Positions 8,573-17,676 of a DNA stretch of 64,000 bases are shown here, one piece after another; the stretch's first letter is position 1, and each line of letters begins with the position of its first letter. Below the pieces are notes generated by a model. The model was not told the DNA's origin, searched no databases, and was given only the letters and a program-made list of their open reading frames with translations. Source of the stretch: an uncultured delta proteobacterium (GTDB lineage Bacteria; Desulfobacterota; WTBG01); the NCBI GenBank assembly GCA_963751515.1, contig CAVVUR010000013.1, positions 132,829 through 196,828 of the forward strand. Reading direction: 5' to 3'. A program made the position numbers and the translations under genes.

Positions 8573-10123
8573 ATGAATACTGCTGAAAAAAAATCAACCC
8601 TGCCGGAGATTGCCGTAACCCCGTCACGGTTCCGCAACAGCATGGGTAAATATACCATCAGGCGAAACAGCCGCTGTATCTCCTGCGGCCTGTGCGCCAA
8701 GCTCTGTCCGTACGGGGTGCACCCCCGCTACGACAACTTCTCCCAGCCGATGCGGCCCCGGGAGCACAAGTGCATCGGCTTTGCATGTCAGAAAAATGAT
8801 TTTTTCTGTGTCAGCCGGTGTCCCGAACAGGCCCTGACCGTTCGTTTGAACCCCATACTGGAAACGCTGGGTGATTATCGCTGGACCTCGGAGATGATCC
8901 TGGGCCACTGGGAAATGGCGGAGACGGGGAACCTCCCCCTGGTTGATCTCGAGTACAGCCTGGGGTGCTCGGGGGGCGGTTTTGACAAGATGCGTTTCAG
9001 GCATCCCGATCCGGATGTGCGGCTCAGCTGCGGCGATGAAGAGATTGATACCAGCCTTGTCCTCAACCGGCGCCGTGACGGCAGAATCGAAAAAGTCCTC
9101 TCGCTGCCCTGCTATGGCGGCGGAATGTCCTTTGGTTCCACCGCCCTCTCGGCCATGGTGGGAAGGGCGCGGGCGGCAAAAAGGCTCAATACTCTGACCT
9201 GTACCGGTGAAGGCGGCTATCCCCAGGAGCTTACTCCCTATGCCGATCATGTTATCACCCAGGTGGCAACCGGCCTCTTCGGTGTCCGCGAGGAGACCAT
9301 TCTCCTGGCACCGGTGATTGAATTCAAGTATGCCCAGGGCGCAAAGCCGGGCCTGGGCGGGCACCTGCTCGGTGACAAGGTTACCCCGGAAGTTGCCGCC
9401 ATCAGGGAGACGGTGGTGGGCAGCGCCCTGTTTTCGCCCTTCCCCTTTCACAGCGTCTACTCGGTGGAAGACCACAAGAAGCATGTGGACTGGATGAAGG
9501 AGATCAATCCCCGGGCGCTGGTTTCGGTGAAGGTGTCCACCCCCACCGATGTGGATATGGTGGCGGTGGGGAGCTACTATGCCGGAGCGCACATCATCCA
9601 CATTGACGGGAGCTACGGCGGGACCGGGGCGGCCCCGGACATTGCCAAGAAGAACATCGCCATGCCCATTGAGTATGCCATCCCCAGGGTGCACAAGTTT
9701 CTCCGTGACGAAGGGGTGCGCGACAGCGTCTGCCTGATTGCCAGCGGGGGCATCCGCAATGCCATGGACGTGGCCAAGGCCATCGCCCTCGGGGCCGACG
9801 GGGTGGTCATCGGCACGGCGGAGATGGTGGCCCTGGAATGCGTACGCTGCGGAAAATGCGAGAGCGGCCGCGGCTGCGCGCGGGGCATTGCCTCAACCGA
9901 TCCTGAGCTGAGCAACATGATCACTGAGGCCTGGGCGGAACAGCGCATCGTCAATATGTACATGGCCTGGCGCAGGCAGTGGTGCGAGCTGCTCCGGGGA
10001 TTCGGCATGCGGAGCATACGCGAGCTGACGGGCCGCAGCGACCTGCTGGTGCACCTGGACTACCTTGACGAAGAGGAGCGGGCACGGTATCAGCCGGCCC
10101 CCAGCTATCGGATCGTTATTTAG
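8573..10123 (+). CDS. gltB: glutamate synthase FMN-binding subunit (archaeal-type GltB domain 2 with N-terminal ferredoxin-like domain)
   Basis: 516 aa. CISCGLCAKLCP; CYGGGMSFGS; EFKYAQGAKPGLGGHLLGDKV; GGTGAAP; ASGGIRNAMDVAKAIALGADGVVIGTA. Confidence 0.85.
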   Translation: MNTAEKKSTLPEIAVTPSRFRNSMGKYTIRRNSRCISCGLCAKLCPYGVHPRYDNFSQPMRPREHKCIGFACQKNDFFCVSRCPEQALTVRLNPILETLGDYRWTSEMILGHWEMAETGNLPLVDLEYSLGCSGGGFDKMRFRHPDPDVRLSCGDEEIDTSLVLNRRRDGRIEKVLSLPCYGGGMSFGSTALSAMVGRARAAKRLNTLTCTGEGGYPQELTPYADHVITQVATGLFGVREETILLAPVIEFKYAQGAKPGLGGHLLGDKVTPEVAAIRETVVGSALFSPFPFHSVYSVEDHKKHVDWMKEINPRALVSVKVSTPTDVDMVAVGSYYAGAHIIHIDGSYGGTGAAPDIAKKNIAMPIEYAIPRVHKFLRDEGVRDSVCLIASGGIRNAMDVAKAIALGADGVVIGTAEMVALECVRCGKCESGRGCARGIASTDPELSNMITEAWAEQRIVNMYMAWRRQWCELLRGFGMRSIRELTGRSDLLVHLDYLDEEERARYQPAPSYRIVI

Positions 10124-10151
10124 ATTTACGCGTGGTCTATAAAAATATTTG

Positions 10152-10377
10152 GTGGCCCGTGGGGCGGAGGGCCTTTTAAAGCCACAACAATTTGTTTGCG
10201 ACTTACGTCACGACCCCGTGCCTTACGTATTAAACCGGGGACAGGCAGCTTTCCAGAGACTTCGATAAAGGCTGTTGCTATGGGGTCTGTTAGAACAAAA
10301 TTACAAGGTCGCTGCCGTTCCACAAGCACCGAAGAATTTTGTTGTGGCTTTAAAAGGCCCTCCGCCCCACGGGCCAC
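10152..10377 (+). mobile_element. family-1 type B element R2, variant subfamily with concertedly changed arms
   Basis: Arms GTGGCCCGTGGGGCGGAGGGCCTTTTAAAGCCACAACAA (10152) and TTGTTGTGGCTTTAAAAGGCCCTCCGCCCCACGGGCCAC (ends 10377) are perfect inverted copies over about 38 nt. The core is homologous to the other type B copies but more diverged. Confidence 0.85.
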
Positions 10378-10421
10378 GTATCTATAGTCACAGGCAACCG
10401 TCGCAAAGGATTGATGAGAGC

Positions 10422-13043
10422 ATGAATCAGGATTACCGGTCCATTGATAAGATTATCGCATCGCGGGGACGGCTGCCAAGGCCGGATGTGACTGTCAGGA
10501 AAGCCGCGGAAGAGGGAGGGTGCGGCGTAACTGGCTTTATCGCCTCGATACCCGTGAGGGGACGCCACATTTTCGAGCCGTCGGTGCAGATGCACAACCG
10601 GGGTAACGGCAAGGGCGGGGGGATTGCCGCAGTGGGGTTATCGGCCCAAGACCTCGGGGTGACGCAGGAGGTGCTCGACAGCCACTACCTGCTGCAGATT
10701 GCCCTGCTTGAGCCCGGGGCGCGCCCGGACGTGGAATTGTCTTATATTGCCCCGTTTCTGGAAGTGCACAAGGCGGAGCGCATCCCCACGGTTGACGACT
10801 ACCGGGATATTGCGGGGCTGGAGGTCAGGCCCCCCGATGTGTGGCGATACTTTGTGCGGGTGAAAAAGAAGGTGCTCCAAAGATTTATTGAGGAGCACCG
10901 CCTTCACGACATGGATCCCTTAAGGGCGGAAGATGAATATATCTACCAGAATTCCTTCCTCATTAACCGGGCGTTTTATGCATCGCTGGGTGAAAAAAAG
11001 GCCTTTGTCCTTTCGCATGGCCGCAATATCATGATCCTCAAAATCGTCGGCTATGCCGAGCAGGTGGCCCAGTACTATCTGCTGGATGACTTCCGGGCCC
11101 ACGGCTGGATTGCGCATCAGCGCTATCCCACCAAGGGAAAGGTCTGGCATCCCGGCGGCGCCCACCCCTTTATCGGGATGGATGAGGCCCTGGTGCACAA
11201 CGGTGACTTTGCCAACTATCACGCGGTGAGCGAGTATCTGCGGCAGCATAACATCTTTCCCCAGTTTCTCACCGACACCGAGGTCTCGGTGCTCCTGTTT
11301 GATCTATGGAACCGCACCTTCGGTTATCCCATGGAGTATATCATCGAGGCCATAGCCCCGACCTCCGAGCATGATTTTGACCAGCTTCCCCCGGACAAGC
11401 AGCATGTGTACCGCTATATCCAGGCAGGTCACACCCAGTGCGCGCCCGACGGGCCCTGGTTTTTCATTATCGCGCGCAACAACCCCTATGAAAACTTTTT
11501 TCAACTCATCGGCATTACCGATACGGCCATGCTCCGCCCCCAGGTGTTTGCCCTGCAGGAGGGGGAGGTGCAGATAGGACTGATCTGTTCCGAGAAGCAG
11601 GCCATTGATGCCACGCTCCAGAATCTGGCCGCGGAAGACAGTCGCTTCTGCCCCATCGCCGACCGGTACTGGAACGCCCGCGGGGGCAGCTCCAGCGATG
11701 GCGGGGCCTTTCTTTTCACGGTCAGGGATGCAGGCAGGGGAGACGGAAGCAAGAAGCTGGTCTGCACCAATAAATTCGGTGAGGTGGTCAAGACCTCCTC
11801 AGAGCAGAAACATTACCGGCCGTCATCCGTGTCCGCGGTTTCCACGGACCAGCATAAGGGCTCCCAGGGCTTGCTGCGCGATGTAGGCGCAATGAACACA
11901 CTGGATTTAAAGGACTACTGCGTAAAGAACATGTCCATCTGGGATTATGCTGATCTTGAGCGGATGATTGAGTTCCTCTGCGACCACGCCCGGCAGGATG
12001 ATGAGGATAAGGCGCGCGCCATAGAAGTGCTGACCCATCTCAACGACCGCTATTTTGACACCGGCGCCAAGAAGCGCAGCTCGGTTTTGACCTTGGTGCG
12101 GGATGTGCTGAGCAGAATCTTCACCTCAACACCCAAACTTGATCACCATTCCACAAGCCGATACCGGCTGATTGACTGGACCACCAAGGGGAGCCTGCGG
12201 CCCCCGCGGCCGGGCGAGGGAATCCTGGTGCTTAATGCCCGGGACTTTCCTCCCGAGGGGGATGACTGTGACGCGCGGCTTATCTGCTCCGCCTTTGAGC
12301 TGGGCTGGCAACAATTTATCTGCTGCGGCTACCGCGGTCAGCGCTTCCTGGGCTGCGGCCTGGGCAAGGCCTCGGACGGGGTGAGGATAGATGTCTATGA
12401 CAGCTCGGGAGACTACCTGGCATCGGGCATAGACGGCCTGGAGCTGCACGTTCACGGCAATGCCCAGGACCAACTGGGCCAGATCATGAAACGGGGCAAG
12501 CTGGTGGTATATGGCGATGTGGGGCAGACATTCATGTACGGCGCAAAGGGCGGTGAGGTGTATGTGATGGGCAACGCGGCGGGCCGCCCGCTGATCAACG
12601 CCGTGGGCTATCCCCGGGTGGTGATTAACGGAACCTGCCTGGACTACCTGGCGGAGTCCTTCATGGCGGGGGACCCGTTAAACGGCGGCGGCTTTGTAAT
12701 CTTAAACGGCGTGCATTTCGATAACACCGGCAAGGTGGTGGGGCTTAAAAATCCCTATCCCGGCTCCAATCTCTTTTCGCTCGCATCAGGCGGTGCCATC
12801 TACGTGAGGGACCCCCAGCGAAAAGTTGTTGAAGAACAGCTCAACGGTGGTAGAATTACGGACATCTCCACCGCCGACTGGAGGCTGATCCGTCCCTATC
12901 TGGAAGAGAACGAGCGGCTGTTCGGGATTTCGGTAACGGCGGATCTGCTTACCGTGGGGAGAACATTGAAAAAGCCCCAGGAGGTCTACCGCAAGGTAAT
13001 GCCGGTTCCGGTTGAGGCACTGACCGAGGTGGAGGACGACTGA
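10422..13043 (+). CDS. glutamate synthase subunit: class-II glutamine amidotransferase domain fused to GXGXG (GltB domain 3) domain
   Basis: 873 aa from ATG 10422; track start 10275 lies inside R2. Ntn-type ...EEGGCGVTGFIA; RYPTKG; C-terminal YGDVGQTFMYGAKGGEVYVMGNAAGRP. Confidence 0.85.
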   Translation: MNQDYRSIDKIIASRGRLPRPDVTVRKAAEEGGCGVTGFIASIPVRGRHIFEPSVQMHNRGNGKGGGIAAVGLSAQDLGVTQEVLDSHYLLQIALLEPGARPDVELSYIAPFLEVHKAERIPTVDDYRDIAGLEVRPPDVWRYFVRVKKKVLQRFIEEHRLHDMDPLRAEDEYIYQNSFLINRAFYASLGEKKAFVLSHGRNIMILKIVGYAEQVAQYYLLDDFRAHGWIAHQRYPTKGKVWHPGGAHPFIGMDEALVHNGDFANYHAVSEYLRQHNIFPQFLTDTEVSVLLFDLWNRTFGYPMEYIIEAIAPTSEHDFDQLPPDKQHVYRYIQAGHTQCAPDGPWFFIIARNNPYENFFQLIGITDTAMLRPQVFALQEGEVQIGLICSEKQAIDATLQNLAAEDSRFCPIADRYWNARGGSSSDGGAFLFTVRDAGRGDGSKKLVCTNKFGEVVKTSSEQKHYRPSSVSAVSTDQHKGSQGLLRDVGAMNTLDLKDYCVKNMSIWDYADLERMIEFLCDHARQDDEDKARAIEVLTHLNDRYFDTGAKKRSSVLTLVRDVLSRIFTSTPKLDHHSTSRYRLIDWTTKGSLRPPRPGEGILVLNARDFPPEGDDCDARLICSAFELGWQQFICCGYRGQRFLGCGLGKASDGVRIDVYDSSGDYLASGIDGLELHVHGNAQDQLGQIMKRGKLVVYGDVGQTFMYGAKGGEVYVMGNAAGRPLINAVGYPRVVINGTCLDYLAESFMAGDPLNGGGFVILNGVHFDNTGKVVGLKNPYPGSNLFSLASGGAIYVRDPQRKVVEEQLNGGRITDISTADWRLIRPYLEENERLFGISVTADLLTVGRTLKKPQEVYRKVMPVPVEALTEVEDD

Positions 13044-13159
13044 CCGGCTGTTGAAAAAGTAGTGGCGCAGGCTGATAAAGCTTGCTGAATAGTATGTGGC
13101 GTCAAAAGCCCGTCCACTTGAGCCACGAATCAGCTGGGTGTTTTTCAAAAGCCTGCTAG
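13044..13159 (-). repeat. family-1 mini element R3 (box + filler + one arm + extension + box)
   Basis: CCGGCTGTTGAAAAA (13044) ... GTGGCGTCAAAAGCCCGTCCACTTGAGCCACGAATCAGCTGGGTGTTTTTCAAAAGCCTGCTAG (ends 13159). It starts 1 nt after the TGA of the upstream gene and ends 19 nt before the nadE ATG. Confidence 0.8.
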
Positions 13160-13177
13160 CGTTTGACCGCGGGGGCA

Positions 13178-13918
13178 ATGGCCATGGATACTATCAACGC
13201 AGCAATTTCCTGGATCAGGGAGCAGGTGGTAAAGGCCGGGGCCAAAGGGATCGTGCTGGGCTTAAGCGGCGGGATTGATTCCGCCGTGGTAGCAGCCCTT
13301 TCCCGGCGGGCTCTGGGCCCTGATGTGCTGGGGCTGCTGCTTCCCTGCCACAGTCACCGGCAGGACACCGAGGACGCCCTCACGGTTGCCGGCCAGCTGG
13401 GACTGGAGACGGTAACCGTCGACCTGACTCCTGCCTTTGATCTGCTGCTCACCCTTCTTCCCTCCGCCGATGTCATGGTAACCGCCAACCTCAAGCCGCG
13501 CTTGCGCATGATGACCCTCTATCACGTCGCGGGCTTAAAAAAATACCTGGTGGCGGGCACCGGCAACAAAAGCGAGATTTCGGTGGGCTACTTTACCAAA
13601 TATGGCGATGGAGGAGCAGATCTCCTTCCTCTGGGAGACATGCTCAAATCTGAAGTGTGGGCTATGGCCGCGCAGCTTGGACTACCGGAGGCCATTATCA
13701 AAAAACCGCCTTCAGCGGGGCTGCTGCCCGGCCAAACGGACGAGGGCGAGCTGAACATTTCCTATGCTGAGCTCGATCAGGCACTCAAAGCCATCGCAGA
13801 CAGGCGTAATGAGACAATACCCCCCGGCCTCCGCCAGCGGGTGGAGCAGCTTATGAAGATTGCCGAGCACAAGCGGATGCCCGTTCCTGTATTTAAAATG
13901 GAACCTGCCCGCAGGTAG
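13178..13918 (+). CDS. nadE: NH3-dependent NAD+ synthetase
   Basis: About 246 aa. PP-loop GLSGGIDSAVVAAL; GTGNKSE; YFTKYGDGG. Start is ATG 13178 or 13184; track start 13163 is TTG. Confidence 0.88.
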   Translation: MAMDTINAAISWIREQVVKAGAKGIVLGLSGGIDSAVVAALSRRALGPDVLGLLLPCHSHRQDTEDALTVAGQLGLETVTVDLTPAFDLLLTLLPSADVMVTANLKPRLRMMTLYHVAGLKKYLVAGTGNKSEISVGYFTKYGDGGADLLPLGDMLKSEVWAMAAQLGLPEAIIKKPPSAGLLPGQTDEGELNISYAELDQALKAIADRRNETIPPGLRQRVEQLMKIAEHKRMPVPVFKMEPARR

Positions 13919-14030
13919 GTGGGTACGATACGTGCTAATTCCCGGGTATGATAGAGTGGTGATACGCCATCATCACAAACAGGTATTTTCTGACGGGTCA
14001 GGCTGCGGTGCAGCGGGGAGGGGTCCCGGC

Positions 14031-15941
14031 GTGTCAACCGGGCCTGCGTGTAACCTGCGCAGCCGGATAGCGCGAGCGGCGGTTGCCCTTCTCCTGGTTG
14101 CCGGCCAGCACGCGGTTACGGGGCGGGACGCCAACGCCGCCCGCAAGCCGGTGAACATAACCGTTCCCTTTCGCCTGTCGCTGCAGAAGGTTGAGCGGGG
14201 CATCACAGAGCAGCTGTTTACCGGCCCGGAGGGCACCTGCACCATCGCTGAAGACAAGCCGGGCTGTCGCCGCTTGTCCCTGAGCGCGCCGCAGGTCACC
14301 TCGGTGAAAAAGTTACTCCGCATCACATGCGACACCGCGGCACAATACGGGGGTGACGGTGGGCGTGATTGCAACCATCCTCGGCAGTGGCAGGGAAAGC
14401 TTGAACTTTCCGTTAAGCCCCTGTTTGAAACCGCCGGCCGCGTCCTTACCTTTCAGGTGGTGGAAATAGCCTTCTATGATAAGAACCGCCGGGCGGCATC
14501 GGCGCCGGGGGTGCCGGGCGATAGTTTGAAGAAGCTCATCGGTGAGCGCTTTGAGCGGGCGGCACTTGATTGCAAGCCCGCCCTTGACCGTTTTGCGGGT
14601 TTGCTCGCGGCGCTGCTGCCGGGAGGACGCGAGCGGGCCGATCAGGCGCTCGGTTCGCTCAGCATCAGCCAGCCGCAGGTTTATACATTCAGCCTGGCCA
14701 TGAAGCTCTCTTTTGCCATCGAGCCCCTGCCGTCAGGTCAAAAACCGCCTGCAACGATGGTCCGTGAGAGGCGGGAAGAGCGGCTGAAGCGCTGGGATGC
14801 CTTTGTCACCTTTGTAATCAAACGGCTGGGACGCAACCGGCAGCAGGAACAGCAGCACAACGTTGCCGGTGTTCTGCTGGATGCCCGCTATGACCTGGCA
14901 GCGGCACATGAGAGCCCAAAAGACGCATCTTCCGATCCGGTGCCGGGACTACTTGTGCGAACCTGGAAACGCCTGAAACCGGTAGCCCTGGCACAGTCCC
15001 GCGAGTCACCCTCCGGGCCGGGCCCCGATCTGGAAAACTTTATTACCGCGGGCAGCGTGCTTGCCTCACTGAGCGCCCAGGAGAAGGCTCTTAACTATCA
15101 GGTGTCCGATGAAGGCATGCGCGCGGTTGCGCGGATTGCGGACCCGGAAGGAGCCGAAGATCCTCTTGCCTACAGCACGGAGGTGGACCCTGAGCTGCGC
15201 AGACTGCTCGGTTTCGGCGATCCTCTTCCGGCACCGGTCATTTCTCCGTTCATGGCAGTACAACACGACCCTGGGGGTAACCAGGCCGTGCTTCGCCTGC
15301 TTGACTCCATGATACCGCGGCAGGCATGGCTTCTTGCCTCCGCATATGCAGCGGAGGAACCTGATGCGGCTGCAAAACTCAATTCCTGGGTGCCCCTGAA
15401 AAGTGAGCTCACTGCATACCTGGAGATGGTGCGGACCCTGCTGGTCGAAGTTCGGGGGGAAACCCTGGCAAAGCGCCCGCTTGCGGACCCGTATGCGCAG
15501 GTCTACCGGGACCTGGTGCTGGCCACCGCATGGCAGGAGAGCTGCTGGCGGCAGTTCATCCGCAAGGGAGATTCTATTACCCCCCTGGTATCCTCAGCCA
15601 GTTCGGTGGGGTTGATGCAGGTCAATCCTCGGGTCTGGCGCGGGGTGTATGATGTGGAGGGGCTGTACGGAGATATCCGCTACAACGGCCGCGCCGGGTG
15701 CGAAATTCTGCTCCACTATTTGCGTGACTACGCAATCGCAAAAGGCGAAGACAAGCTTGCCGGCGGCATTGACAATCTGCCCCGGGCCACCTATGCCATC
15801 TATAATGGCGGGCCCGGGCACCGGTCACGCTACCGCACGTCCACCACCAGTGCAAGTTTGAAAAAGATTGATGCCGCCCTCTGGCAGAAGTACACCGCGG
15901 TGAGGGAGGGAAAAGAGATGGAGGTTGCGGGCTGCTTTTAG
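14031..15941 (+). CDS. secreted protein with C-terminal lytic transglycosylase (SLT) domain
   Basis: C-terminal QESCWRQF...SSVGLMQVNPRVW...AIYNGG pattern. Roughly 470 N-terminal residues are unassigned. The start is uncertain: GTG 14031 after GGGGAGGGG, followed by the hydrophobic AAVALLLVAG. Confidence 0.6.
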   Translation: MSTGPACNLRSRIARAAVALLLVAGQHAVTGRDANAARKPVNITVPFRLSLQKVERGITEQLFTGPEGTCTIAEDKPGCRRLSLSAPQVTSVKKLLRITCDTAAQYGGDGGRDCNHPRQWQGKLELSVKPLFETAGRVLTFQVVEIAFYDKNRRAASAPGVPGDSLKKLIGERFERAALDCKPALDRFAGLLAALLPGGRERADQALGSLSISQPQVYTFSLAMKLSFAIEPLPSGQKPPATMVRERREERLKRWDAFVTFVIKRLGRNRQQEQQHNVAGVLLDARYDLAAAHESPKDASSDPVPGLLVRTWKRLKPVALAQSRESPSGPGPDLENFITAGSVLASLSAQEKALNYQVSDEGMRAVARIADPEGAEDPLAYSTEVDPELRRLLGFGDPLPAPVISPFMAVQHDPGGNQAVLRLLDSMIPRQAWLLASAYAAEEPDAAAKLNSWVPLKSELTAYLEMVRTLLVEVRGETLAKRPLADPYAQVYRDLVLATAWQESCWRQFIRKGDSITPLVSSASSVGLMQVNPRVWRGVYDVEGLYGDIRYNGRAGCEILLHYLRDYAIAKGEDKLAGGIDNLPRATYAIYNGGPGHRSRYRTSTTSASLKKIDAALWQKYTAVREGKEMEVAGCF

Positions 15942-16002
15942 CGGCAGCCTCGCATGCACTGAGGCAGCAGCGCTGTGCTGCCGGCCGATGAAGGAGATCG
16001 CT

Positions 16003-16236
16003 ATGGGGAAAATGCTGCTGTACCTTATGCTTGCCGCATCCTTTCTGGCCGGGGGGCCGGGCTGCGCTCAAAAACAGGGTGAAGAAGAGGAGAAAAGCGG
16101 GATTGAAGCGCTTACGGAACAGGTGGGGCGCGATGCGGCGGAAGAGATAAAAAAGCCCATCGGCAAGGCCCGCGCCATTGAGGACCTGGCAAAAAAACAC
16201 GTGCAGGAAATGGATGTGGCCGAAGAATCCGAGTAA
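16003..16236 (+). CDS. small putative lipoprotein
   Basis: 77 aa from ATG 16003 (AAGGAGA upstream). Signal peptide MGKMLLYLMLAASFLAGGPGC with a lipobox-like Cys, then an acidic/lysine-rich tail. Confidence 0.5.
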   Translation: MGKMLLYLMLAASFLAGGPGCAQKQGEEEEKSGIEALTEQVGRDAAEEIKKPIGKARAIEDLAKKHVQEMDVAEESE

Positions 16237-16396
16237 CAGCAGAGGACTGCGTGATGCATCCTGGTCTGCTCAATGGGCGGACATCTTTAAGTTGCAGCGC
16301 ATGGGGAAAAGTGGTAGTACTGCAGCAGCATAACCGTGTGCGAGGTACCGGAAGCGTTTACATAAACAATTGTAACGAGGTAAGGACTTGAAAACC

Positions 16397-17638
16397 ATGC
16401 ATGAGAGAAATGTAAAGTGGATTGAAGAAGTCGTTTCCCAGCAGAACGAGTGGCGGCTCGGCACCATCAACCTCATTGCCAGCGAAAACGTGATGAGCGG
16501 GCGCGCCCGCGCTATCATGGGTTCTGATTTTGCCCACCGCTATGCTGAAGGGCACCCCGGAGAGCGCTACTATCAGGGGACCGACAAGATTGATGAGATA
16601 GAAAGCTGGATCAAGCTGCAGCTGAAGACCCTCTTCAACTGCCAGCACATGGAAGTGAGGCCCATAAGCGGCACGATTGCCAATGATGCGGTGTTCAGCA
16701 GGTATATACAACCCGGTGATGTAGTGATGGTGAACTCCACCGCGGGGGGAGGTCACATCAGCCACCACAAATCGGGCTCGGTGGGCAAGTACACAAAGAA
16801 TATCGTTGACTTTCCCCTCACCCCCGACGGCTACCACATCGACTGCGAGGGGACGGAAAAGCTGATCAGCAAGCTGCATCCCAAGGTGCTCATTCTGGGC
16901 AAGAGCCTCTTCCTCTTTCCCGAGCCGGTACGCCAATTGAGGTCAGTCTGCAGCGATAACGGAACCACGGTTATCTATGACGCCGCCCACGTGCTGGGCT
17001 TGATCGCCGGAAAGCGCTTCCAGGACCCCCTGGCCGAGGGGGCGGACATCATGACCGCCAGCACCCACAAAACCTTTTTCGGCTCGCAGCGGGGGCTGAT
17101 CATGAGCAACATGAACAACAAGGAATGGTGGAAAATCGATAAGGGCGCCTTCCCCGGGTCCTCATCCAACCATCACCTGGATACCCTGGTCTCGCTGGCC
17201 ATCAGCACCTGTGAGGTCATTGCCTTTGCCGAAGCGTACGCCGCGCAGACCATTGCCAATGCCAAGACGCTGGCCCGGAGCCTCTCCGACATGGGTTTTA
17301 ATGTGCAGGCCAAGGAATTCGACTTTACCGAGTCGCACCAGGTTGCCATCGATGTGTCGGAGCTGGGCGGCGGCAATGAGGTGGCCCGCATTCTGAAAGA
17401 GAATGGCATCATCCTCAACATGAACCTTCTCCCCTTTGAGCCCCTCGAGAGAGTGACCAACCCCGCGGGCATTCGCATCGGCGTGCAGGAGATGACCCGG
17501 TTCGGCATGAAAGAGGGTGAGATGGAGAAGATCGCGGCACTGTTCAGAAAGTGCCTCAAGGAATCGCGTTCCGTCAACAGCGAGGTGCGGGAGCTGCGGA
17601 GCCCCTTTCAAAAGGTGCAGTACTCGTTTGACGAATGA
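16397..17638 (+). CDS. glyA: serine hydroxymethyltransferase
   Basis: About 413 aa. LIASENV, YYQG, ASTHKTFFG (PLP lysine). Start is ATG 16397 (TTG 16388 possible). Confidence 0.9.
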   Translation: MHERNVKWIEEVVSQQNEWRLGTINLIASENVMSGRARAIMGSDFAHRYAEGHPGERYYQGTDKIDEIESWIKLQLKTLFNCQHMEVRPISGTIANDAVFSRYIQPGDVVMVNSTAGGGHISHHKSGSVGKYTKNIVDFPLTPDGYHIDCEGTEKLISKLHPKVLILGKSLFLFPEPVRQLRSVCSDNGTTVIYDAAHVLGLIAGKRFQDPLAEGADIMTASTHKTFFGSQRGLIMSNMNNKEWWKIDKGAFPGSSSNHHLDTLVSLAISTCEVIAFAEAYAAQTIANAKTLARSLSDMGFNVQAKEFDFTESHQVAIDVSELGGGNEVARILKENGIILNMNLLPFEPLERVTNPAGIRIGVQEMTRFGMKEGEMEKIAALFRKCLKESRSVNSEVRELRSPFQKVQYSFDE

Positions 17639-17676
17639 TCTCTTCCATCGCGAGGCGGAGCGCTGTCTCTTTCTAC

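Noticed and set aside
16237-16396. Riboswitch upstream of glyA (ZTP/pfl, THF or glycine)
   Set aside because: I looked for the conserved ZTP 3' element CCGCCTGGGC and the other core motifs and did not see them. Only weak generic hairpins are present.
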